Position numbers and translations under genes: made by a program. From contig NW_003314282.1 of NCBI RefSeq assembly GCF_000143415.4, positions 1,693,374 to 1,757,373 of the forward strand: a stretch of 64,000 bases of DNA, written 5' to 3'. Origin of the DNA: Selaginella moellendorffii. Lineage: Eukaryota; Plantae; Lycopodiophyta. Below the pieces are notes generated by a model, which made no database searches, was not told where the DNA came from, and saw only the letters and a list, made by a program, of their open reading frames with translations. This document shows, one piece after another, positions 1-13,056 of this stretch (position 1 is its first letter; every line of letters starts with the position of its first letter).

Positions 1-105
1 ATTTGCCACCTCAAGCATTCTTGATGCAATCTAGCACTTGGATTCTCTTCCAATGACATTATTGCCACCTTAGGCATTCTTGATGTGATCCAGCACTTGA
101 GGGTG
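1..105. repeat. Imperfect ~60-bp direct repeat (2 copies)
   Basis: ttgccacctcaagcattcttgatgcaatctagcacttg (from ~3) versus ttgccaccttaggcattcttgatgtgatccagcacttg (from ~62). Confidence 0.6.
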
Positions 106-2949
106 ACTCAGCCAGTTTTAGAGGCATTTCAGGCCTTCTATTGCATCCTCTTGGCATTCCAGTACTATTTAACCCAGTTGGAGGTAAATTGGATTTGCGA
201 GATGTCAAAGTTTTTGAATTTAGACTTCCAAGGAGGTTAAACAGCCCAATATTACTCAAACCTAATTGTCTCAAAACCTTAACTGATTGGAAAAGAGGGT
301 GCACTCTTATTCATATGCTTTTTCCCTTTATATTTGAACCCTTATAAATTATCTTTTTAATCATTCTCTTTGGTTGTTTACATTATCATTATCACCGATC
401 ATAGAAATTACTTCCATAACTCTCTCTTTCGGTAGTGAAATCTTTCCATTTTCACTCATTTTTCTACTTTCTTTCTTTTTTCTTGCTTTTCTTTTTTCTC
501 TCATTCTTTTTCCATCTTTCTTTAGACTAGAAAGCAAGTTTTTTTCTATGGTAATGACACTTTGGCTGCATTACTAATTGTATAAAGACTCCTCAACTCT
601 TGTTGGTTTGTGCTCTAATTCTTTGGTTTCTTTCCTTACATCAGTTCCATCCTCACATTCCCATCATCACTTTACATCATCCACACTCTAAAATTCAATT
701 CCACACACTCACACCATTGTTGCCTAGCTCTCACTACACATACCTAATCATCTTTTTCACATTTTCCACCATTCATCATCCATTCATATTAGACATTTGG
801 GAATAACACTTCATCACAAAGGCTCTTCCAGAATAGTAGCAAAAGAAATCAAGACATTCTCATGCACAACATACAAGATATTTAATGGACCAATCACATG
901 CCACAACTTTCTTCTCTTTGGAGCTGCCTTAACTGCAGTGGACATCTAAGTGCTTTCAGAGGTGTGGAAAACAAAGTCAACACCCTTTTCTTCCAACTCA
1001 AATCACAGGTGAAATAATTTACCACCTTTCAAATAGTGGTCTATCAATTTTTGTGAGAGTAGTAGCTGCAACTTCACATTTCACTACATCATATCAAAGC
1101 CCATCCTTGGACATACTCACTCATATCATCCATCCACCAAGATCCTTTATCATCACTCTCTTCTATTACAATTTATCCCACACCTCATAGTTACCACCAC
1201 TAGGCAACACATTCCTTATGTTTTCTTCTCCATTCTCAGCCAAATTTTTTAGTATGGACTACATGAGCTTGAAGCTGCATTAGCATATTCACTTCTAGAG
1301 CATGGAAGCCAAGTTTGAGCTTGTTCCCATTTAGTTTTCTTACTTTTTCTCCTTATTTTTTTTTCCACTTTTCCCACTTTCTTAAGTTTTTAGTTCATCT
1401 ACATAGTTTCCCACTAGGTTTTCTTTGCATCCTTGAACTTTAAACTCCTCTCCTATCTTTTACTTTCATTCTTTCTTTTTTTTTAACTCTCATTTTCAAC
1501 TTTCTTTCTCTTGTTTTCTTTGCCATTTCTCTTTGTTTTAACAGTTACCCTCTCTAGACACTACATTCTAGCATATGGGAGCATCTCAATTATGGGTTCT
1601 TGTGTGCTAGAGTTTTGTGCATACCACTAGTGGTTGCCTGTTGCAGAGCTAGCTCATTGTTGCCTTCTCCTCACATCACGGCTTAGATTTTAGCTTAAAA
1701 GAGCACAAAAAATATTTGATACCCTTGGAATATTCTTTCATATTTGTATATAAGCCCATAAGAAACTTTTCCTCCCCATTTTCTCTTGTGCTTGAGTTTG
1801 GAGTTGTGAGTTTGCAAGTGTGTATGTGAGGGATGGATCCACAGTTTGGGCTGAGAGATGCCTCAACAAAGAAAAGCCATACAATCTAAATAAAGGAGAT
1901 AAAAGTATAAAATAAAATAAAATAGAAAAGAAATGAAGAAAAAGAAAAGGAAAGATCTCACCACTGTGCAAGTTTAAGATGGTGATGGTTGTGAGCATAT
2001 AGAAGTTCATGGTCATAATCATCATTAAGAATGTAAACACCTCCTCCATCATATCACTAGATGATGAATAAGTCAAGTTAATAAAGAGAGAACTTACACA
2101 TTGAATCATGATCCCTAAGGTACACAAGATCTCCAAGTCAATATGGTATATCTATATCTTGCTTGTCATGAGTTATAAATACCAAACCACTTTCTTGATG
2201 TAGACTGACTAGCTAACACTTTAGTGGCTCCTTACACTATGAATATTGCTACCATTTTCTAGCATTTTTCAATAAGTTATCATTGCCTTAGCAACTTCTG
2301 AAGTAATTTTGCATTAACATGTTCAAAGTTTAGATTAATTTCTTCATTAGCACATTCAAAGTTGTTGGGAGTATGAATATATATGCTAGTGTCAATACTT
2401 GGAAGCAACTAATGACATATGCCTCTTAATACTTTGTGAAGCCAAGGCATATTTGCTAAGGAGGAAGTTCTATTTGGCAAATTTATGGTTTCAATACACA
2501 ACTTTCCAAATACTCCTTCACATTACATTCATTTTCTTATCACATTCATCCTCTTAATTATTTTTTCTTTCATTTTGTTTTCATTTTCCCCCAGAACCTT
2601 AGGCAAACTTATGAGTGATACAAGGTACTTTTGGAGGTGTGGAGATCTAAATTTATGTTCTCTCCTCTTGGCTTCACTCATTTCTATTATCACATTGTAA
2701 TTTTCTTTTTTTCTTCTATTCACTCATTCTTTATTTTCCTCTCCTCCTCAAGGATTTAATTCTTTTTTCAAATTTTCTACTAGGTTTTCCCTTGAATTAA
2801 GAAGTCCATACTATTTCTCTCTTTTTTTTCAAAATTTTATGGATTATTTATATCTTTTCTTTGTATTTCCCTATTCTTTCTTTCAATTTCTTCTCACTCT
2901 AGTAAACTATTTTTTGGTATTTATTGTGGTTGCATCCCCTCTTTTTGCA

Positions 2950-5900
2950 ATGGTCATTAAGTATTTTTTGCACTAGAGTCACTCAATCCTTTCATAGTCA
3001 TCTGTTGGGACTTTCACCATTTTATGAGTTTTTAAGTGTGAGTGAGCATGGGATATTTTTTGAATATCTTGAGATCCTTACATAAAAAGTCATAGGTGTA
3101 AACAACCAAAAAGAACAATTTGAAGACGATCCATGGGGTTCAAATATAAAGGGAAAGGGCCCATAAACAAGAATGCACCCTCTTTTTCAATTGATTAAAG
3201 GTCTTGGGATATTTAAGGTTAAGCATCTTTGGGTTTGAATAGTACTGGGTTGAGTGACCTCCCAGGAAGTCTAAATTCAGAAGTTTACAATAAGTAAACA
3301 CTAATACAATACTTTGGTAAACAAGAGTGAAAGTAGGGATGTGGAAATTGAACATGAATTTCATCATTTTAGACATAATGGGATTTAATGTGATCTTTAA
3401 AATAGATTGGTTCAATTAGTTTATGGTAACCTTACAAAAAAAAGGTAGGAACCTAGTGGTATTAGCTTAGGGAATGATTTAAAGTGGAGGCCTAACATCT
3501 AAAGATATAGTAAAGTAGGTCTAAGGACTCTTGTTAAACTTGGTATCCATAAGAAAATAATTCATAAAGGGAACTAAGATAACATTTTTATATTTACTCT
3601 TGATGGGATTGACAAGAAAGGGAACCAAAAAAAGTGCTTTTAGTAATTTAAGAAATGTTGGACCAATTTCGATACCATACCAAAAGAATTGCTAATATAA
3701 TTACCTTGTCAACCGATAAAATATAAGATTAAATTGGTTAAGGGAGCTAAAGTAGTGGTCTATCCCCCCTTATCAAAAAAGAGCTTAAGGAATTTAAACA
3801 CTAACTTAAGAAGTTTATTAATAAATGGTATATTTAGTTGAACAACTTACTATATAAAGCTTTAATTTTATTTATAAAGAAGAAAGATGGATGTATATGA
3901 ATGTGTATAGACTACTGGTTGTTCAACAAATATATAAATAAGAATAAATACCCTTATTAAAGACTTATTTGATAAGTTAAAAAAGGCAAAATACTTCTCT
4001 TGAATTGTCTAAGGTTAAAATACTACTAAATTAGAGTAGTGGAGGATGATATTGAAAATATAATTGAGGTACAAAAGTTTTTAATTTTTAGTTATGCCTT
4101 TTGGACTATACAATATGCTAATAACATTCTTAGCACTTATGAACTACATCATTGTACCATATTTAGATAATTTTGTAGTTGTTTACATTGATGACATCCT
4201 AATTTATAACGAGACACTAAAAGAGCATATTGAATACATGACAAAGGTGTTTAAAAGACTAAAAGAATACAAATTTTACACTAAAGAGAAATGTAATTTT
4301 GCTCAGCAAAATGTAAAGTTTTTCAAGTAAAGACAAATCAAAGTAAACCCTAAAAATGTCTAAGTGATCTAAGAATGGGAATAATATTAAATGTATATGA
4401 ATTAAAGGCATTTGTAAAACTATACAACTACTATCAAAAGTTTATCAAACACTATTTGAGAGTTGTTTGCACTTGATGGATCAAACAAAAAAAGGGGAAG
4501 ATGGTATAGACAACAGATGCAAGGTGGCATTTGTCCATTTTAAAGGGAAATTGACAAAAGTTTATATATTGATATTACTAAGTTTTGGTAAAGACTTTAA
4601 AGTAGAAATAAATACACCGGGTCTTATGTTGGATGCAATTCTTAAACAAAACAATCACTTAATAATATTCTTCTTAAAAAAGTCAATGAAAGTGGCTTAT
4701 TTATGAAAAGGAATTATCTATGATGGTTAATGCACTTAAAGAGACCTTAGGAGACATTTTAAAGTATATATAGATAATGTAGCAATAAAACACTTCTTAT
4801 CAAAGCTTGATATTTGGGGAATAAAAAGTTAGTAGACTAATGTTTTGGTTGAGTTTGATTGCAAAATCCTATACAAACTAAGAAAAAACAATATTATGGC
4901 AGATGCTTTATGTCAGAAAGTAAACTTAAAGCTGATAACATTTAGTATAATAAAAACCTTCTTGAATGATATGCAAACAACATATAAAGATGATGAACTG
5001 ACATAGAAAGTGTTACTAAGGAATAAAGAGGCATGAAATGCTCACTTGCAAAATGAGTTGTCAAGTGAAGAGAAAATAAGTTATATAAAACATAATAAAA
5101 TCATTTATTATAAGCATACGAAGATGTATATTCTAAAAAGGGAACTAAGAAAGTTAGCATCAAAAGAGTGTCATAATAGACTTCTTGTAAAGCACAAAGG
5201 AGTGCTTAAGATAATAAGCTTGTTTAAAAAGAAATATAGGTTATAACTAAAGGTAATAGAGATCTACTATAGAGCCTCTTAATTCCCAATTGTTTATTAA
5301 ATTGTTTTACAATGGATTTTATCACAGAACTCCCCCCAAGTAAAGGGTTTAATGCGATATTCATAGTGGTGAATCAATTTTTAAAAATGGTATATTTCAT
5401 ATCCACCACAACAAAAGTGGATATGAAAGGTGTAATGAAGCTATTATTTGAACAAAGAAATTATTTTAAATCAAGATAAACTATTCACCAGTAAGTTCTA
5501 GAAAACACTCTTAAAATAGTATTGCGCCTTAGTGTAGGTTATCACCCACAGACACATATTAAGTATTGAATAAAGAAATAAATAAAAAAGGTGAATAAAC
5601 AGCTGTAGGATAATTTGAGATGTTATATCTCCAAAAATGAGACAAATTAGATAAGACATTTAGGACTTCTAAAAATGTGGTATAACAACTTGCCACATAT
5701 AATTGTAATATTGTAATGAGTCTCTAGGAAATCATCAATGAAAAAGCTATTGGGAAGGGGAGGGCAATGCAAAAGGTTCCAAAAGTATAATAGAGATAAT
5801 GAGGCTAAGAACTTAGTCATGAAAGAATTCTCAAAAGATGGCTTTGGAACCATATTAGAATTAGAGTTGAGGGTTAGTAGGAGTGAGTTTGAACTTGGAG

Positions 5901-6600
5901 GGATACTAAAGAAACCTATCAAAGAAGTGCTAAAAAACATCTCCCACTCTTGGAAAAAAAGTTAACTATGATGTTTTTAGCTCAAGTGCCCATTTAAGTG
6001 TTATAAAGTTAATTAATCTTCACTCCTTAAGGGTTTAGGCCTTTTCTTGGGGTAAAGGTGGGGAATTAAGATATTTATATTGAGTTGTTAAGATAGATTA
6101 TTTTTCCTTGAGGTCCCGAAATAAGAAATGCATCCAAGGCTTGGGATTTAAAAAGTCCTATAAACAAAAGGTTTGGTATATTTAGTTGTTTATGCTTATA
6201 AAGAGTGTAGTTGAACTATAAGTCAAATTTATCCGGTAAGGGGGATCGGGAAAGAAAGTTTGGGAATCTATGGAGAAATGGCTAACACTATATTATTCAT
6301 GTAATGAAGAGTTGGTTACAATAAGAGTGGACTTTGGTGAGGGAACTTAATTATAGCTAACACAAAGATAGTTGGATAAGTGAAGTAAACTGGTAAATTA
6401 CAAGATGAAAAATTATAACTTATACCACTATTGTTATTGTCACAAGGTGAGTTACCACCTCAAGAAGTTTAGGATGGCCATAAATCCATCTTCAAGTGAG
6501 TGAAGAATCAGTGTGTGGAAGATGACAACTATTTCTCTGAGGGCATTGAGGATCTCATGAGGATGAGGTGCCCATGAGGGATAATATGGAAGGTATACTT
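2950..6600 (+). mobile_element. Degenerate Ty3/Gypsy LTR retrotransposon (gag-pol relic)
   Basis: Interrupted pol motifs occur in Gypsy order. RT: KKKDG.I*MCIDY at ~3880-3915, MPFGLYN and VVVYIDDILIY in ORF 4094-4330. RNase H-like: ORF 4467-4706 and YKLRKNNIMADAL at ~4870-4910. Integrase: KECH...KHKG in ORF 5046-5246, MDFITELP at ~5312, GYHPQT at ~5537. A possible gag zinc-knuckle relic lies at ~3135-3180. Many stops and frameshifts; LTR ends not resolved. Confidence 0.85.
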
Positions 6601-7864
6601 CTAAGCTTATCAATTGAAATAATACAAAAATGAAGAGGTTTTTCCATGTTTAATGCTTTAACTCCCTAGGAAAACTTTCATTTTACTCTTTTTCCTTAGT
6701 TTGTTTGGAATGTGTTGCAATTATACACTTTGGAAGTTAATACCTTATGCTTGTAGCTTTGTGATGATGATGGGACTTCAAATCAAAGGCAAGCACTATC
6801 ATTACCAATGCCACCATATATGAGGATTAACTTCAAATTTAATTTCCTATAGGAATCAGCTCACTTATAGAGCTTGAATGTAAACTCAATAACTTTACCC
6901 ATATGGTTTTGAATGATGAAGACTTATGGCACAACACATCAACTATGTTGAATATTGAGATTGATAGAAAAACATGAACTAATAATAGAGAAAATTAGTG
7001 AAAAATCAAGCTCTTTTGAGAAGTAAGAAGATCTCTAATATAACCTAACTTGCAGCATCTCATGAAGTTCAGCATGTCTGGTAGTATCCAAAGAAGATGG
7101 AAATTTTCTTTTATAAAACATTAGTTTTTATACTATAAGATGGACAACAAACCTATGCATTTTGAAAATATTATATCTTTTCATTCCAATATTTTTTGAA
7201 TTTACAATATAAAATATAATAGTGGAGATGAAAAACATATCCTACCTATAGATCATTTTTTACTTAAAATATATATTTGTTTGCCCAGCAGAGCTGGGAT
7301 CTTGCTAATAATTTCTTTAAACGAAGTATTAGGATATGTTTTAATCAATTAATATAACTATGGGTCATTTTGGATATGTTAGAGCACTTAAAGGTGAAAA
7401 AAAAAATTTACAAACTAGATGATAGTAACATTGTCTCGCAAAGCATGATGATTTTGCATAACACACATATATTGTAATGGTGGAGTTTAAAGTAACCATG
7501 TCCATAATGTAGAGGAGTAGAGCTCTATGTAATGCTTATAGATATGGCAAAAGCTCTAAAGTAGACTTCAGTGGCCAAAAATATTATGCAATTCATACTA
7601 CAATTCTTACTAAGACTGCTATCATTCTTTGCCCAAAAGTTATGTATAGAGAGTGCTCTTTAAGACTGTGTTGTAAGCATTAGATAAGAAGGTAAGTACA
7701 ACTGTTGATCTTCCCATCACATCTCTCTAAAGATGAGTAAGAGAAAGCTAAAACCTAAAGCCAGCCCATGGGTAGGATAAACTTTTGATGAACCAGATTC
7801 ATCCTCCTTTAAATTTACTCATATGATTACCAATGAATAAGAGAAAAGTTTAAGAGAAGAAAAC

Positions 7865-8300
7865 CATATGCATACTTGTGATCATCAAACTTAACAAGGT
7901 GTTATAGAACAAAAGTTGGTTATCCCATGGAGGAAGTTTGAGCTAATGATCAATTCCAATATATTCAAAAACCATATTAACATGACCATATAAACGTTCT
8001 CTAACTCTTCCAGGATCCGGCCAAACACATTTGGAGCAGTGGATGCAAGATACACACACGTGTTCTCATCAAACTCTCTATTAAACGCTAATAGATTGAC
8101 ATGTATTCCTAGCAAGAACTACAAGTTCCATCGTTCTTCCAGCCTGAAATGGACTGTTATTACGTATATTTTTCATGTTCTACCCTTTGTACCACTGTCA
8201 CCACGGAGAGCATATCATACAAAGGTCTAGAAATCCCCCATGGTGGTGAATGCACTAATCCAGCAGAGAGATTAGAATGGAGCTGCTAGAAGAAACGATT
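7865..8300 (-). pseudogene. Relic of secreted unknown-domain + bulb-lectin gene (module copy 1)
   Basis: Colinear nucleotide similarity to 9380-9869 (catacttgtgatcatc; atcgttcttccagcctgaaatgg; gagagattagaatg..gctagaagaaacgat). Contains the RLYGHVNMVFEYIGID segment; deletions and frameshifts. Confidence 0.75.
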
Positions 8301-8399
8301 GAGCCTTGAAAAATTTGCTTGTGTGATCCATCCAACGAGGACTTTAAATATTGCCTTGGATTGTCGCTGGGCTGAAGTTTCAAGGCTCATGGAACCAGG

Positions 8400-8790
8400 A
8401 AATAAAACTAAGACTTGTTTTTACCTGCAAACATAGGCAAGATCGTTATTTTCAAAGCCTGAGAAAAAAAATTCAGATTTGGCGTATACTTACTAGTGGT
8501 TTCCCAACAATAATGGCATCAAGATCAACACCACCTGTTCAAGGAGCATCGTCTACATATGGAAGGAAAGTATCACGTAACTTGGCTCTTATGGCAGTCA
8601 ATCCAAGAGCTTGTCCAATCTGTGCAGTGAGCGTTTCTAGTTCCAAATGTCTTAGCAAAACCTTTCCCGGGCCAGTGAGCAGTATGGGCTTGATAGTTTG
8701 CTGCTTTCTGCTTCTGCAAGTTTGAAAGTGAAATCGAAGTACCTGATACAGGAGCAGGAACGAATGATCACAGCTTATCAGCCACAACAT
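8400..8790 (-). pseudogene. MAG (3-methyladenine glycosylase) 3' exon relic, copy 1
   Basis: Translates to RKQQTIKPILLTGPGK and IGQALGLT, identical to exons of the intact MAG at 11759-12906. The 5' half is missing. Confidence 0.85.
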
Positions 8791-8863
8791 CTATAACATT
8801 CGGGTCGGGCTTCTCGGGCTGCCAAGCTCAGACTCAGAGTCACTCCACACTCTGAGCGACTCA

Positions 8864-8865
<2 letters not shown>

Positions 8866-8933
<68 letters not shown>
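8866..8933. repeat. Compound (CT)n(CA)n microsatellite
   Basis: Directly visible ctctct... run followed by acacac... run. Confidence 0.97.
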
Positions 8934-8937
<4 letters not shown>

Positions 8938-8978
8938 AAAATCTCTCAGAGGCGAGAATGTATCATCAATCTATCACC

Positions 8979-9869
8979 CTAATCACCCTTTAAAGATCTC
9001 CAAATAAGTGTGGCAGTGTCTGGTCTGTAAATGGCCAAGTAACCAAGATTCTCAATCACAAGAGCATAAAACTTGTTTCGGATGGAGCTCTTTTTGCTGG
9101 ACCACACCTCCCCTCTAGATCCAACAATCACCAATTTGCCATCAACTAGCAGGGTTAAGCAGCACGAATCTTTTCCCTGTGTTCCCGAGCTCCATGTGAT
9201 TATTCCCTTGGGACTCTGTAGTATGCAATGTTTTTGCATTGTCAACCTATAAGAACTATCAACCGAGATTAAGCTGTTTCCACCCAGCAAATACGAGCCA
9301 AGAGTGTTTCTAAAGCCACTGAGCAGGGATGTAATATAGACCCAACAATGTTTTATATCGCTGTCAACCCCAAGAAGCTCCGCATACTTGTGATCATCAG
9401 GCGATTTAAGTGAGGAGAAGTTGGAGAACAATCTTCCACAAAATAATGAATTCCAAAATATTCAAGAACAATATTAACGAGACCGTACCAACGATCCTTC
9501 CCGTATGCTTTCACACATATCTAGTATACTCTGCCGTAGGTCTTGGCCCAACAGAGTTTGGAGCGGTGGACGCATGGTACAAACACCTGCACCGTCATCG
9601 TCATACGCTCTATTAAACAGTAGTAAATTGACGTGCACAAACGTATTCCTAGCAAACCTCACGACAAGCTCAATCGTTCTTCCAGCCTGAAATGGAACGT
9701 TATCACGTATATTTTCCACGTAGCCTTCGATCCTTTCTACCACTCTTCTCACTTGTTCAACGGAGAGCATACCATGAGCGAGTCTCGCTCTAAAAGTCCC
9801 ACGCGGTGGTGCATAGCACGAATCCAGGTGAGAGATTAGAATGAGAGCTATTAGAAGAAACGATCTCAT
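8979..9869 (-). pseudogene. Nearly intact secreted unknown-domain + bulb-type (GNA-like) lectin fusion (module copy 2)
   Basis: ORF 9474-9869 has a signal peptide (MRSFLLIALILISHLDSCYA-PP). ORF 8979-9431, in the same frame, has B-lectin repeats (GNSLIS..YRLTMQ, CCLTLLVDGKLVIV, LVIENLGYLAIY..IW). Two in-frame stops separate them. The homologous segment RWYGLVNIVLEYFGIHYF lies in a shifted frame. Homologous end to end with 52354-53295. Confidence 0.7.
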
Positions 9870-10054
9870 ACTTAAACCTTACATTGTTTGTGTGATCCAT
9901 CAAAAGGAGATTTTAAAGCTTGCCTTGAATTGTCGCCTAATGAAAGTGGCTGAAATTTCAAGGCTTATCAAACCATGTTAAAACTTGTTTTTACCTGCTA
10001 GAAGGCAAGGTTTTAAAAGCAAGATTATTGATTTATAAGCATGAGGAGTGGTAT

Positions 10055-10190
10055 ACTTACAAGTGATTTTGGAGTTGCAAAATATTTCCAGCGATAGCAA
10101 ATCTCCATGTCCTTGGGCAGTGCATATTTGATTCCGACGAGAATGGCATCTGGAGAAAAGGCCACTTGTTCTAGAGGAGAGAACAAAAGA
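10055..10190 (-). pseudogene. MAG last-exon relic, copy 2
   Basis: ttacaagtgattttggagttgc..ccagcgatagcaaatctcca..tccttgggcagtgcatatt matches the last exon of MAG (11759-11930) with deletions. Confidence 0.8.
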
Positions 10191-10751
10191 TGGCACGACT
10201 TATGTTCAAAAATTACGATGAATCATTTAGATATTTCAAAATTACTATGAATTTTCTGGCTCAGAAGAATATTCACATATATTCTTTAATATTTAAGAAT
10301 ATACTTATAATAAAAATTATATTTGCATTATTAATATCTAAATAACTATCGCAAATTTGTTTTAAAAGAAGTGCGGTAAGAAAAGGTTTAGAGGCAAGAA
10401 TATTTGAAATATTCCGGTGGCTTTGCTTTCTCAATTGCTCCTTCGATTGGGCTGGCTCAAAAAGCTGAACCCGAAGATCGCTCCACGGCAGTGAGTTCTC
10501 CACCACTGGATGATCCATAGTATGGCTAGGGCAGCTCCATCCACCAATCGCCGGGAGGGATTCTTCTGTCTTCTCCTGGCCTTGCTCACCCGGCAGCAGC
10601 CATGTGGCAGCTCGTTTTTTTTTTCCTTAGTTCACAGAATTATTTAAAAGTATATTTGGAATATTTATATAATAGTAATAAATAAATATACGAAAATGTG
10701 CGAATATTTCCTTTAAACCCTAATGAGACTAGGATTGCGGAATTGAAGTAG

Positions 10752-10852
10752 GGAGCATGCCTACGTCTATCTGTGCTATGATCTTCACGTAACTTTGTGG
10801 CTGATAAGGATGGTGTTGGTGCCGCTGTGCATTCGTTCCTGTGCTCCTGATA
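10752..10852 (+). pseudogene. Inverted MAG exon-3 fragment
   Basis: On the + strand it reads HAYVYLCYDLH..VADKDGVGAAV.IRSCAP, the reverse complement of ~12235-12345. Confidence 0.8.
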
Positions 10853-11289
10853 CATTGAGGAATTTTCAAACTCATGGACCACTCTTTTCAGCTCCAAACT
10901 TGGACTCAAAGCTTGTCAGCTTCGGGAAACTAAAATGATGAAAGTCTACGAACACTTCAATTTCATGGCTCACCTATCTCCTGTACTAGAGCCTAGAGAC
11001 GAACTGGAGCCTTCAAGTTTATACTTCTGAGTGCAGCCCTTGCGGAAAAAGTCTTCAGCTCGACATTTATGATAGTTCTCTCCTAGCAGGAAGTCGAGGG
11101 AAGAGAACGTTGCGAGAAAGTCGGGGTTTTTCAGATTGGGTTGCTTCTCACCATATCAACTTTTACGCACACCAAGTATGCTTGAGCGGTTGCGGTTGGG
11201 TGCAAGATTCTTCTCCATGGCAATGCGCTCCAGGAGCAGAAGCAATCTCGATCACAAGATCCTAAAAAGGTTAACATTAGCAGTTTCAT

Positions 11290-11641
11290 TAGCTAATGTA
11301 ATTATTCCCCTGTTTGCTATCAGTGACGTAGTATTGGCCCAACAATATCGGTCTATGTTTGTGGTCATCGGACGATTTCAGCGACGAGAAGTTTAACAAA
11401 AACTGGTTAATTGCCATATCTTGGCCAAACACACTGTCCAGTATGCATGGTACACATACCCGTGTTCTTATGATACGCTCTACTAGTAGTCTGACGTAGA
11501 AACTGAAATGAAATGTTATCACGTATATCTCTAACGTAGCCTTGTATTATTTCTACCATTGTTCTTACTTGTTGCAGGGGCACCTGGCAGTGAATCCAGC
11601 TGAGAGATTAGAATGAGAGCTGCTAGAATAAACGATCTCAT
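11290..11641 (-). pseudogene. Relic of lectin-fusion gene (module copy 3)
   Basis: ATG at 11641 with a signal-peptide sequence near-identical to that at 9869. NFSSLKSSDDHK matches NFSSLKSPDDHK. Heavily deleted. Confidence 0.75.
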
Positions 11642-11758
11642 ACTTCAGCCCTGAAAACTTTCTTGTGTGATTTATCTAATAAGACTTTAAAGCTTGCCTT
11701 TAGGCAAAGGCAAGATCGTTGATTTCCAAGCGTGAGGAGAAGACGATTTGGAGTATAC

Positions 11759-12906
11759 TTACAAGTGCTTTTGGAGTTGCAAGGTATTTCTTGGAGCACT
11801 CACCCAAGGAGTGCCAGCGATAGCAAATCTCCACAATGCTATCACGTCCTTGGGCAGTGCATATTCGATTCCTACCCTTGGCCCGACAAGAATGGCATCC
11901 GGAGAAGAACCATCCAAAATCTCAAGACCACCTGTTCGAGAAGATCTCTCAAGTGGAGAATATCACGTAACTTAGCTCATACCTGGCGAGAACAAAGGAT
12001 GGCTCGACCATTGAGTAGTCAATCCAAGAGCTTGTCCAATCTGTCCATTGCAAAGATCGTAAGCGTTTCTAGTTCCTAAAGTTGTAGCAAAGACCACGAA
12101 CCTTTCCCGGGCCAGTGAGCAGTATAGGCTTAATAGTTTGCTGCTTTCTGCGAGTTTGAATCGTTTCCAGACCTTCACAAAACGATCGAGCTAATGAGAT
12201 TAAAGAGAGCGAAAGATTGCGATATCGAAGAACCTGATACAGGAGCACAGGAACGAATGAGCACAGCGGCACCAACACCATCCTTATCAGCCACAACGTT
12301 TAGCATTACGTGAAGACCATAGCACAGATAGACGTAGGCATGCCCTCCTTGTCCAAACTAAAAGCAAAGAAACGTATTGAGAGCTTTGAAAGAAGAATTT
12401 CATACCAAGGGAGCCGTGCGTGGAGTTTTACCGAAGCGCGCATGGCACGCAGTGTCGTCCTGCCGATAAGCTTCAACCTGGTAAACATTGGTCGCAAGTT
12501 TTAGAGAGGAAAATAAATGAGGAAAAAGAAAAACCAGAGCTCGGACCTCGGTTATTTGCAAGACAACGTCTTCTCGACGAAGAAGCTTTCCTAGCAGCCG
12601 TGGCGCAAGATCCACCGCGTCACACTCGAAGAACGATTGCTTTAGCGGTAAAACTTCCTTGAGCTTTGGAGTTTTACAGATTGGAGCTTGCTCTGTTCTC
12701 TCGGCTCGTCTCACATATACCACATTCTTCTTTGGAGCTGCAGGATTTTCGCTACAAATCGCCATGGAAATGCGCTTTCTTCGGATTTTCTTGGCCTGCT
12801 CTTGCGAAGATCTTGACAATGCGAACTTTTCCTCCCAATCTACTTCCCTTTGCGATGCTAGCCGTGGCGATCGCCTCACATTCTCTACATCGTCATTCAC
12901 CGCCAT
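11759..12906 (-). CDS. MAG: DNA-3-methyladenine glycosylase (AAG/MPG family), intact, ~6 exons
   Basis: Spliced reading: DAVDLAPRLLGKLLRREDVVLQITE|VEAYRQDDTACHARFGKTPRTAPL|FGQGGHAYVYLCYGLHVMLNVVADKDGVGAAVLIRSCAPVSG|LETIQTRRKQQTIKPILLTGPGK|IGQALGLTTQWSSHPLFSPG|GLEILDG..ILVGPRVGIEYA..WRFAIAGTPWVSAPRNTLQLQKHL*. These are the family motifs; introns are GT-AG. Confidence 0.92.
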
Positions 12907-13056
12907 TGCCGAGCTAAAGCCCTAATTCTTGGGCCCTAGAGTCTAGAAAAAAACTTTAAAGATTGAGAGTTCATGCAAACACTGTAGGACTCGGGATATA
13001 AACCAGACTATCCCATTACAAAAATCATTGCAGCATTCTTTCTAGCAAATGCCAAT

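Noticed and set aside
9430-9485. Possible 56-nt GT-AG intron rescuing the lectin fusion
   Set aside because: Splicing it leads into a frame that stops within ~9 codons, and it would remove a peptide conserved in the homologs.
10200-10740. AT-rich flanks around a GC-rich core as a possible MITE
   Set aside because: No convincing terminal inverted repeats or target-site duplication visible by eye.
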